Shown here piece by piece: positions 1 to 7,863 of a DNA stretch of 46,199 nt. This DNA comes from an uncultured Ignavibacteriales bacterium. GTDB taxonomy: Bacteria; Zixibacteria; MSB-5A5; GN15; JAAZOE01. The notes beneath the pieces were generated by a model, which was not told the DNA's origin, made no database searches, and was given only the letters and a program-made list of their open reading frames with translations. The stretch's first letter is position 1. Every line of letters begins with the position of its first letter. The position numbers and the translations under genes are program-made. The stretch lies in contig CAZSYD010000015.1 in NCBI GenBank assembly GCA_964611355.1, positions 1-46,199 on the forward strand, written 5' to 3'.

Positions 1-1389
1 GGCGGTGATTTTAATGGTGATGGCGTTCCGGATTATGCTGTGGGCGCGCCCCATAATAGTATTTGCAGTGATAACGGAGGTATGGTTTACATATACAACG
101 GAAGCACTGGCAACCGGATGGTATCGTTCTGTGGTATTTATAATGATGAAGTTGGGTCCTCAGTCGCCATTATTCCGGACCTGAATGACGACGGAAAGGA
201 TGAAATCGCTTATGGGGCTCCCAACTACCACAATGGTATTAATCGCAGCGGAGCGGTGTTTGTTCGCAGCAGTATTGATGGGAGCGCAATGTATGTTATT
301 TCAGGTTTTTTCGAGGGATCTCGCTATGGAGCATCGATAGCCAATGTAGGTGATATTGACAATGGTGGCAAATGTGATTTTGCGTTTGGTGCACCATTTC
401 AGCTTGGTACGGGTGGGGTCCTTGCCCATTCGGGTGAAGATGGATCGTTTATCCTCGATTTTTATGGCGAAAATTCCGGAGACAAATGCGGGTGGTCGGT
501 TGATGGTCTTGGCGATGTAGATTATGACGATGTTCCTGATATTATTATCGGCGCACCGAATAATAGTGGGATGTACACACAATCCGGAAAAGTGTATATA
601 GTCTCAGGATCGACTGAAGAAACGATTAGAATTCACACTGGGGAAGGTCCATATAATAATCTTGGCTATTCAGTGGCCGGTGTCGGGGATATAAATGATG
701 ATGATGTCAACGACTATGTAATTGGGGCTCCTGGCAATAATGAAGGTGGAGGCGAAGCTGGTAAGGCGTATATATATTCCGGGGCGACTGGAGAGACTCT
801 ATATGAGTTTACCGGTTACTCATCTGATGATTGGTTTGGGATTGATGTTGCCGATGCAGGAGATGTCAATGGCGACGGATATAACGATATCATTATCGGA
901 GCCAGTGGTTATGAGGAGCTTGATCAACACGGAGCTACATATATTTATTCCGGCCAGAATGGCGCTTTGCTTTACAGTCTTTATGGCTCAAGCGCAATAT
1001 CCAACACTATTGGATTTGGAGAAGCACTATCCGGCCTTGGTGATTTAAACGGTGATTGTTTTGGCGATGTAATTATAGGTGCATGGGCGGCAACACCGCC
1101 AGGCGGAAATCTGGAGGGTCGTGCGTTTGTGTATTTGATGGAAGATATATGCAATCCCGATCCGATTTGCCCTCAGGAATACATTTGCGGCGATGCCAAC
1201 GGAGATGAATCAGTCAACCTCGGTGATGCTGTTTATATCAACAATCTTGTCTTCCACGAAGGCCCGCCCCCCGATCCACAGGAGGCCGGAGATGTCAACT
1301 GCGACGGAAGCGTCAACCTTGGCGATGCGGTTTACCTGATAAACTTCATCTTCCACGATGGCCCGGTGCCGTGCGCGTGGTGTAAGTAA
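1..1389 (+). CDS. FG-GAP (integrin-alpha-like beta-propeller) repeat protein with C-terminal dockerin-type-I-like domain; 5'-partial
   Basis: Frame 1 is open from base 1 (GGDFNGDGVPDYAVGAP), so the gene starts upstream of the window. Repeated D-x-N/D-x-D-G-x-x-D...GAP Ca-binding FG-GAP motifs. C-terminal duplicated GDANGDESVNLGDAVY / GDVNCDGSVNLGDAVY is dockerin-like. Stop TAA at 1387-1389. Confidence 0.88.
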   Translation, partial: GGDFNGDGVPDYAVGAPHNSICSDNGGMVYIYNGSTGNRMVSFCGIYNDEVGSSVAIIPDLNDDGKDEIAYGAPNYHNGINRSGAVFVRSSIDGSAMYVISGFFEGSRYGASIANVGDIDNGGKCDFAFGAPFQLGTGGVLAHSGEDGSFILDFYGENSGDKCGWSVDGLGDVDYDDVPDIIIGAPNNSGMYTQSGKVYIVSGSTEETIRIHTGEGPYNNLGYSVAGVGDINDDDVNDYVIGAPGNNEGGGEAGKAYIYSGATGETLYEFTGYSSDDWFGIDVADAGDVNGDGYNDIIIGASGYEELDQHGATYIYSGQNGALLYSLYGSSAISNTIGFGEALSGLGDLNGDCFGDVIIGAWAATPPGGNLEGRAFVYLMEDICNPDPICPQEYICGDANGDESVNLGDAVYINNLVFHEGPPPDPQEAGDVNCDGSVNLGDAVYLINFIFHDGPVPCAWCK

Positions 1390-1432
1390 CCGGTGGCCGA
1401 CGGCTTGGAGTCGGACTTTTAAAATCTACTCA

Positions 1433-1469
1433 ATAAAAAACCCCCCGGACGTCAGACGATCCGGGGGTT
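1433..1469 (-). terminator. Rho-independent terminator between convergent genes (U-tract on minus strand)
   Basis: CCCCCGGA-loop-TCCGGGGG hairpin with an A-run (ataaaaaa) on its left, which reads as hairpin plus U-tract downstream of the minus-strand PDZ gene. Confidence 0.7.
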
Positions 1470-1503
1470 GGTACGACATAAAGGAGGGAATCCAATATGT
1501 GAT

Positions 1504-2487
1504 TTATTCAAGTTTTGATTTCAGTTCACGCAGCTCTTCGCGTAGTTTATTTATTTCTTTTTTGAGCTCTTCCCTCAGTTCCTGCATCGATTCTTCATAT
1601 TCGCCCTCATCGTAGAGATAAACGTCCTCATCCTCAAAAAACGGTTGACCGCCGAACTGCTTGAACTTCGGCATATTCATCTTGTAAAGGTTCATGTTCT
1701 TGGAAAAGGCGCTCGCGCCGGACGAGTCTTCGGTGACTTCAACGGTAACCTTTTTCTTTTCACCTTTTCGAATAAAACCGATTTCGACTTTGTCACCCTC
1801 TTCCTTTTCGCCGATGATATCTTTCAGATCATCCGTTTCCGCGACCGCTTCGCCGTCAGCCGAGATGATGACATCGCCCGCTTTAAGACCGGCATCTTCG
1901 GCCGGTGAATCCTCAAAGACCTCGGTTACCAACGCGCCCTCACCGTCCCCGACTCCGAAATATTCACCCAGTTGATCATTCAAATCCTGAATGGCAACCC
2001 CGATATATGAATCAGACATAGAAGAAAAGGAAAAACTGCGGGTAATCGATTTCGGAGAATGGCCCGGCATGAAATAAGCGCCTTTCCAATCCGCTTTGGG
2101 ACGGCGAGCGATTTCTATTGTCGCTGTCTTTTCCTTACCCTTTCGGATATAGACGATTTCGGCCTTGTCGCCGACTTCAGCGCTGCGAACAAGATCGATC
2201 AGCATATCAGGATCGTCAACTTTTTTGCCGTTAAATTTGATGATAATATCCTTGCGGCGCAGGCCGGCTTCTTCGGCGGGCGAATCATCGACAACATTAA
2301 CGATCAGGGCGCCTTCAAGGCGATCAATGTCGAAGGCTTCCTTTAAGTCTTTGTCAATTGCCTGAGTATAAACTCCGATCCACGGGCTTCGTGAACCGTG
2401 CTTCTCTGCCGAAGCGGCGCCTGCGGCAATAACGGCAATTGCAACAAGCGCCAAAACAAACGCAAATCCTTTTAGCTTTGGTTTCAT
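1504..2487 (-). CDS. Secreted protein with two PDZ domains (HtrA-type PDZ, no protease domain) and C-terminal coiled coil
   Basis: ATG at 2487 preceded by SD GGAGGAGG. Signal peptide MKPKLKGFAFVLALVAIAVIAAGAASA. Two PDZ units (WIGVY...VVDDSPAEEAGLRRKDII and YIGVAI...VFEDSPAEDAGLKAGDVII). Heptad-like tail ELREELKKEINKLREELRELKSKLE. Confidence 0.85.
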   Translation of the reverse strand: MKPKLKGFAFVLALVAIAVIAAGAASAEKHGSRSPWIGVYTQAIDKDLKEAFDIDRLEGALIVNVVDDSPAEEAGLRRKDIIIKFNGKKVDDPDMLIDLVRSAEVGDKAEIVYIRKGKEKTATIEIARRPKADWKGAYFMPGHSPKSITRSFSFSSMSDSYIGVAIQDLNDQLGEYFGVGDGEGALVTEVFEDSPAEDAGLKAGDVIISADGEAVAETDDLKDIIGEKEEGDKVEIGFIRKGEKKKVTVEVTEDSSGASAFSKNMNLYKMNMPKFKQFGGQPFFEDEDVYLYDEGEYEESMQELREELKKEINKLREELRELKSKLE

Positions 2488-2870
2488 TTTCCTCCTCCGG
2501 GCAGCAGGTTTTTTTCTTCTCCCTGGCAATTTATACCGGAAATTAATAATCCCGGTTCCATGATTTGATGAAAATCCTTCAGTCAGGGTTTACTCCATAA
2601 AGGAAATTCGCGCCCGCCGCGGCGGACCGCCCGGCAGGCATCCTGTTGCCTGATTAGCTATTTGCCCACAGATAGGTGGACGATCCCCATAATTTGTTCC
2701 GGCTGAAACGCAACTAAAGTCGCATAATCCGGTGTAGGGAGCTATCCCCATACCTTATTCCAATGATTGCCAGCAATTTACACCTTTCTCGAAATACCTG
2801 TCGGCTCCGGCATCCGCCTTGCAAAAAAGACCCGTTGGAAAGAGGTAACTCCTAACGGCAGGCGGATTAA

Positions 2871-3083
2871 ATGAAAGTCAGATTTACCTTGACAATGGAT
2901 GATGTAACCATTGACGACCAGCGCCTCGATAATATAATCCTTGATTGGGAGGAAGAAGTCTCCCAGGATGAGGTGCTGGAGTTGTCACAGAAGTGGATTA
3001 CTTCCAAAAACTTCCTGACGAGCCGGATGGTCGGTCTTCGACGTGTCGGCGAGTCGAGCCTTACCATTGAACCGGTCGACTAA
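2871..3083 (+). CDS. Small hypothetical protein (70 aa, acidic, alpha/beta-like pattern)
   Basis: ATG-to-TAA ORF filling the intergenic space, with protein-like composition. No family recognised. Confidence 0.7.
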   Translation: MKVRFTLTMDDVTIDDQRLDNIILDWEEEVSQDEVLELSQKWITSKNFLTSRMVGLRRVGESSLTIEPVD

Positions 3084-3107
3084 TGACTTCAAAGATGGAA
3101 CCGATAA
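3080..3107 (+). promoter_or_regulatory. Putative sigma28 (FliA/SigD)-type promoter
   Basis: CTAAT-N15-ACCGATAA versus consensus TAAA-N15-GCCGATAA, about 40 bp upstream of the 3147 ORF. Confidence 0.4.
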
Positions 3108-3146
3108 CTGGAAGGGCAGCTATAATACTGTGATACAGGTGAGTGC

Positions 3147-3485
3147 ATGAGTTTACTTGCCAATATACAAACCGGGGATGTTACACGGGCGATATCGGAT
3201 AATCGGGAACTCCTGGATCCGGTTCGTCAGTTCATTCTTGATAATTTTGGCCAGAACGGCCTTTATGCCGCCTATATACTTGCCGCAGCAATAGTTATCC
3301 TTTTATTGTACAAATTGGTAAAATTTTCATTTGAACTTATATTTTTTATCGTTCTGCCTTCGGTGATCAGCGCCTTTGTTTTGACGTTCTTCCTGCCATA
3401 CAACTTCCTTTATCTCTTACCGGCTACGGCGGCCCTTTTTACGATGGGCCTGGTCTTAAAAACGATAGGTTTATCCAAAGGATAG
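3147..3485 (+). CDS. Small hypothetical membrane protein (about 3 TM helices)
   Basis: AGGTGA SD-like element upstream; long hydrophobic stretches in the 112-aa product. Confidence 0.75.
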   Translation: MSLLANIQTGDVTRAISDNRELLDPVRQFILDNFGQNGLYAAYILAAAIVILLLYKLVKFSFELIFFIVLPSVISAFVLTFFLPYNFLYLLPATAALFTMGLVLKTIGLSKG

Positions 3486-3663
3486 CTATCGTCTATTATA
3501 TCATTATAACAGAAAGCCGGGATCAGGTCCTGGTTCAGGCCGCCTATAAAATCCAACCTTTTGACAATAAGCGTCCTCTATTAGAATATGTATTCACGGA
3601 TTACATGCCATATGATTGTCCATAACGGTAAGGTTTGACCAGGTAAGAAACGGTAAGAATCCA

Positions 3664-4689
3664 CTATCTCTTCAAGAGCGTAACTTCGCCTGCGTTGAAC
3701 GATCTCCGGCCGTCGGCGGTATCGAGTACAAGGTTGCCGTTTTCGTCAATATCAACAGCTTTTCCCGAAATAATCGAGCCCCGCATATCCAGTTTGACTT
3801 TATTGCCAATAAGGTTGGAATAGGCAAGAATCCTTTGGCGAAGTCCCTTTAATCCTGACTTCTGAAAACGGCGGTAGTCTTTTTCGAAGGCGGTCAAAAA
3901 CCTCTGCAGGAATTCGACACGACCGATTTCTTTGTTAATTTCCGCCCGCAGGGAGGTCGCCGTTTTCGCCACTGCCCGCGGGAAATCGTTGCGGAGTTGA
4001 TTGACGTTTATCCCCACGCCGACAATTACATAATGCACCCGCCCGATCTCGGCCGAAAGTTCTGTCAGGATTCCGGCTGCTTTACGGCCGTTTAACAGGC
4101 AGTCGTTGGGCCATTTGATACCAACTTTCATCGAACCATAACCGGCGAACGTATCGGCCAGCGAGACCGCGGTTAGAAGCGATATCCACGGCGCGCTGGC
4201 AGGGTCGATATCAGGATAGAGTATTATCGACAGGCAGATGCCTTTGCCTTCGAGCGAAAACCATTTTCGCCCCATCCGCCCGCGTCCTTTCGTCTGCGAT
4301 TCGGCGACGACAATCGTTCCTTCGGGAACCGGCCCTTTGGGAATAGACCCTTTAACGGCATGAATATCGGCCAGTTTGGACGCGATAGTATTGGTTGATT
4401 GAACCGACTTGAAAGAATAGACCGTTTTCCCGATCATTGATGTTTTTAGACCATGCGTGATTTCCGCCGCAAGGAGAAGATCGGGCGCTGATATGAAGGC
4501 GCATTCTTCTTTGTGTTTTGTTTTGACCTGATATCCGGTCTCGCGCAAAAAATCGACGGCCGATATGACATCTGTTTTTTCGCAGCCGAGTTTTTTGGCA
4601 AGGCGCCCTATGGAACAAAAATGCTTCGGTCGGCGGCGGATAGACGCCAGAACCTGATCGGCGAGACCACTGAGTTCGGGATTAATCAT
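3664..4689 (-). CDS. birA: Biotin--[acetyl-CoA-carboxylase] ligase with N-terminal wHTH-like region
   Basis: Motifs STN, QTKGRGRMGRKW, KWPND, KAAGIL, GVGINV; C-terminal SH3-like domain. Overlaps the nadC stop. Confidence 0.95.
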   Translation of the reverse strand: MINPELSGLADQVLASIRRRPKHFCSIGRLAKKLGCEKTDVISAVDFLRETGYQVKTKHKEECAFISAPDLLLAAEITHGLKTSMIGKTVYSFKSVQSTNTIASKLADIHAVKGSIPKGPVPEGTIVVAESQTKGRGRMGRKWFSLEGKGICLSIILYPDIDPASAPWISLLTAVSLADTFAGYGSMKVGIKWPNDCLLNGRKAAGILTELSAEIGRVHYVIVGVGINVNQLRNDFPRAVAKTATSLRAEINKEIGRVEFLQRFLTAFEKDYRRFQKSGLKGLRQRILAYSNLIGNKVKLDMRGSIISGKAVDIDENGNLVLDTADGRRSFNAGEVTLLKR

Positions 4690-5578
4690 CTTCGATGAAT
4701 TTGAGGGAAAAATCGGAGGCGGGGGCCGAGTGAGTCAGCGCCCCGACCGATATATAGTCAACTCCGGTCTGAGCGATTTCGCGGACGTTTTCGAGGGTGA
4801 CGTTACCTGACGCTTCCAGTTTGACGTCCGAGCCGTTCGGATGATTATGCGTGAAACGAACCATTTCGGCCAGGTGTTCGCTTGATTTGTTATCGAGGAG
4901 GATTCTTTTGACGCCGCTATCGAGAGTTTCCCGAAGCTGATCGACCGTTTCCACTTCGATTTCAAAGCCGACGTTAGTGGGATCGGTATGGAAAATCTTC
5001 AGGAATTTTTCCGAATCGAGGAAATCGCGCACCTTCTGAATCGCCCTTGACACCGAACCGACCGCCGCGATATGATTGTCCTTGATCAAAACCATGTCGT
5101 AGAGACCGTAACGATGGTTTTCTCCTCCGCCGATGGCCACGGCGTATTTTTCAATGTAGCGCAGACCCGGCGTCGTTTTTCTTGTATCAAGGATTTTGAC
5201 TTTGTCGGTTCCGGCGGCTTCGATCATTTTGTGCGTAAGGCTGGCGATACCGGACAGGTGCATAAGGAAATTCAAAGCCGTTCGTTCGGCGGTCAGTATC
5301 GAACGCCGGGGCCCCATAACCAGGGCCACCCGGTCGCCGACATTGAACGGCCGGCCGTCTTCTATCAGCATCCTGAATTCGATCTGGGGATCGACCTCGA
5401 GAAAAGTGTATTCGCAAAGCGGCAGGCCGCAGACAATGCCGTCCGATTTGGCGATGATTTCTCCCACGCCGGTAAGGTCTTTATCTATGGCGGACAGGCT
5501 CGTGATGTCACCGGCACCGACGTCTTCGTGAAGAGCATTCAGAACCTGTTGCCTGAGAATCTTCTCACGGCTCGGCAT
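4682..5578 (-). CDS. nadC: Nicotinate-nucleotide pyrophosphorylase (quinolinate phosphoribosyltransferase)
   Basis: Motifs EDVGAGDITS, ERTALN, DTRKTTPG, HRYGLYD, LIKDNH, EVE, LLDN, EASGN, SVGALTHSA. Start taken at ATG 5578. Confidence 0.95.
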   Translation of the reverse strand: MPSREKILRQQVLNALHEDVGAGDITSLSAIDKDLTGVGEIIAKSDGIVCGLPLCEYTFLEVDPQIEFRMLIEDGRPFNVGDRVALVMGPRRSILTAERTALNFLMHLSGIASLTHKMIEAAGTDKVKILDTRKTTPGLRYIEKYAVAIGGGENHRYGLYDMVLIKDNHIAAVGSVSRAIQKVRDFLDSEKFLKIFHTDPTNVGFEIEVETVDQLRETLDSGVKRILLDNKSSEHLAEMVRFTHNHPNGSDVKLEASGNVTLENVREIAQTGVDYISVGALTHSAPASDFSLKFIEDD

Positions 5579-5691
5579 GTTGTATTGGTAACATTTATTT
5601 GAGTCCTTTGTCAATAATTATTCATGCCGCAAAAAATGATCTTGGACAGACGGTGATTGGCTATATATTGGATGAATCAAATGAGGTAATT

Positions 5692-6618
5692 ATGACAAAA
5701 AATGATCTGATCGCCGTACTGGGATACGGGTCGCAGGGAAAAGCGATAGCTTTGAACCTGCGCGATTCCGGATACAACGTCGTTGTCGGGTTGCGGAAAA
5801 GGTCAAAATCAATCCCCAAGGCGCGCCGCGAAGGATTAAAAACAAACGGCATCAGCGAAACCGCCGCCGCGGCTGATCTTATTATTGTAGCCATCCCCGA
5901 TCATGTGCAAAAGCGTGTTTTGAGTGATAGGTTTTTCGAGTGTCTGAAAAAAAAACCTCCTCTTGTTTTCCTGCACGGTTCAACGATTCATTTCGGTTTG
6001 GTCAAACCGCCGCCGCAAATTCCTGTTCTGCTTCTGGCGCCGCACGCTCCGGGGCTGGCCGTAAGGGAGAATTACCTTAAGAAAAAACCGTATTCGGCCT
6101 TTTATGCCGTCGGTCAGGGGCCAAAGAAGAAAGGGCATGATCTTTTGATAAAGCTTGCCCAGGGAACTGGCATCCCCCGGTCGCATTTGATAAAGACCAC
6201 CTTTTCCGATGAAGCGGTCGGCGATCTGTTCGGCGAACAGGCGGCGCTTTGCGGCGGTCTGGCGCGGCTTTTGAAGTTTGGTTTCGAAACGCTGGTCGAA
6301 GCGGGATTGCCGGCGCAAAACGCATACCTTGAGGTTGCCTACCAGCTTGATCTGATTGTCGAGCTGGTCAAGCAGCACGGTCTTTCAGGAATGTTTGATC
6401 GCATCTCGCCCCTGGCGAAATACGGGTCGGTCATAAACGGCCCACGGGTGATACCCGCTGACGTGAAAAAAAGGATGAAAAAACTGTTGGTCGAAATCAA
6501 ATCGGGCAAATTTATCCGCGAGGCGGAAAAGAAGAATTTGAAAATCAACAGGAATCAGATAGAGAAACTGACCAATCGTTTATTCGACCGACAGGCAGTC
6601 AGATTCAGCGGGAAGTGA
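5692..6618 (+). CDS. ilvC: Ketol-acid reductoisomerase (class I KARI) homologue, divergent active site
   Basis: GYGSQG Rossmann motif, NLRDSG, VGLR, DLFGEQAALCGG, FETLVEAG. SD GAGGT precedes ATG 5692; an alternative in-frame GTG lies at 5653. Confidence 0.85.
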   Translation: MTKNDLIAVLGYGSQGKAIALNLRDSGYNVVVGLRKRSKSIPKARREGLKTNGISETAAAADLIIVAIPDHVQKRVLSDRFFECLKKKPPLVFLHGSTIHFGLVKPPPQIPVLLLAPHAPGLAVRENYLKKKPYSAFYAVGQGPKKKGHDLLIKLAQGTGIPRSHLIKTTFSDEAVGDLFGEQAALCGGLARLLKFGFETLVEAGLPAQNAYLEVAYQLDLIVELVKQHGLSGMFDRISPLAKYGSVINGPRVIPADVKKRMKKLLVEIKSGKFIREAEKKNLKINRNQIEKLTNRLFDRQAVRFSGK

Positions 6619-7262
6619 TCGTGATAAGGGATACAAAAAAGCGAGCGGCCAAAATTATCGAGCTTCTCAAGAAAGTATATCCCGACTCGCGCAGTTCTCT
6701 TAATTATAAAACGGCTCATCAGCTCCTGGTGGCGACAATTCTATCGGCTCAAACCACCGATGGACAGGTCAATAAAATTACGCCGGGTTTGTTCAAAAAA
6801 TACCGTTCGATAAAAGATTTTGCCGCCGCCGATCTGACTGAACTGGCAGACGATATTAATTCAATCGGGCTTCATCGCAGCAAAGCCAAAGCGATTAAAC
6901 TGTCTTCGGCGATGATACTTCACGAATTCGGCGGTAAAACGCCTGATACTTTAGACGAAATCACTCGACTCCCCGGCGTCGGCCGAAAATCCGGCTCGGT
7001 CGTTCTGGGATCATGGTTCGGCAAAGCGGAAGGCATAGCGGTTGATACTCACGTCAAACGTATTTCGCGGCTTTTGGGTTTGACTAATCAGAAAGACGCC
7101 GGTAAGATCGAGCAGGATTTAATGAAAGTAATAAATAAAAGGGACTGGATAATCTTTACTCATTTAATAATCAATCACGGCCGTGCGGTCTGCATCGCCC
7201 GCCGCCCGAAATGTAGGATTTGTATATTAAGCAGGCAATGTGCGTCGGTAAAGACACTATAA
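6615..7262 (+). CDS. nth: Endonuclease III (HhH-GPD DNA glycosylase/lyase, 4Fe-4S)
   Basis: LLVATILSAQTTD, HhH motif LPGVGRK, AVDTHV, and C-x6-C-x2-C-x5-C cluster motif. GTG start overlaps the ilvC stop. Confidence 0.95.
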   Translation: MIVIRDTKKRAAKIIELLKKVYPDSRSSLNYKTAHQLLVATILSAQTTDGQVNKITPGLFKKYRSIKDFAAADLTELADDINSIGLHRSKAKAIKLSSAMILHEFGGKTPDTLDEITRLPGVGRKSGSVVLGSWFGKAEGIAVDTHVKRISRLLGLTNQKDAGKIEQDLMKVINKRDWIIFTHLIINHGRAVCIARRPKCRICILSRQCASVKTL

Positions 7263-7419
7263 ATTTCTTTTCCCCCCAATAAAATCCCTGTTATAGAAAA
7301 AATGACCGCATAATTTTTAATTGAATAAAACGCGCCATTGTTAATATATAGTCTGAAACAGGGACATTAGCCGGATATTTTTGTTTCCCTGATACAATCG
7401 AACCGATAGGGAGGCTTTT

Positions 7420-7842
7420 ATGGATACTGCACTCTGGATCTGGCTGGCGCTGGCGGTGGTTTTTGTTATCCTCGAGATATTCGCTCCGGGGTTTATTTTC
7501 GCCTGCTTTGTCGTGGGCTCTGTTGCCGCCGGACTGACTTCGCTGATAACCGACTCTTATGTCATCCAGGGGATAATCTTCGCCGTCATATCCGTGGTTT
7601 TGATTCCCCTGACGCGGTCGCTGGCGCAGAAAATTACCAAACCTTCTCCGGTGAACTCCAATGTTGACGCTCTCATCGGCAAGGTGGGGATTGTTAGAAA
7701 CGATGTTTCGATGATGGAAGGCCAGGTAACCGTTGCCGAACAGGTTTGGCAGGCGCGCTCCGAAACCGAAATCGCCGTAGGCAAAAAAATAAAAGTGCTG
7801 GCCGTGGAGGGCGCCAAACTCAGGGTGGAAGAAATTGAATAA
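7420..7842 (+). CDS. NfeD family membrane protein (short, OB-fold C-terminus)
   Basis: N-terminal TM helices, then LIGKVG...GQV...WQARS...VLAVEGAKLRV. SD GGAGG; directly upstream of an SPFH gene. Confidence 0.9.
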   Translation: MDTALWIWLALAVVFVILEIFAPGFIFACFVVGSVAAGLTSLITDSYVIQGIIFAVISVVLIPLTRSLAQKITKPSPVNSNVDALIGKVGIVRNDVSMMEGQVTVAEQVWQARSETEIAVGKKIKVLAVEGAKLRVEEIE

Positions 7843-7863
7843 TCGATAGAAAGGAAAAACGAT

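Noticed and set aside
2590..2599. 10-mer TATGGAGTAA shared (opposite strands) with the OMP leader at 32130-32139
   Set aside because: A single 10-mer match is expected by chance at this sequence length, and this copy has no SD in front of it.
2695..2745. Resemblance to a TPP riboswitch (GCTGAAA ... ATAATCCGGTGTAGGGAG)
   Set aside because: Lacks the CTGAGA, ACCC and ACCTGA core and a pairable P5 stem; no thiamine-related gene downstream.
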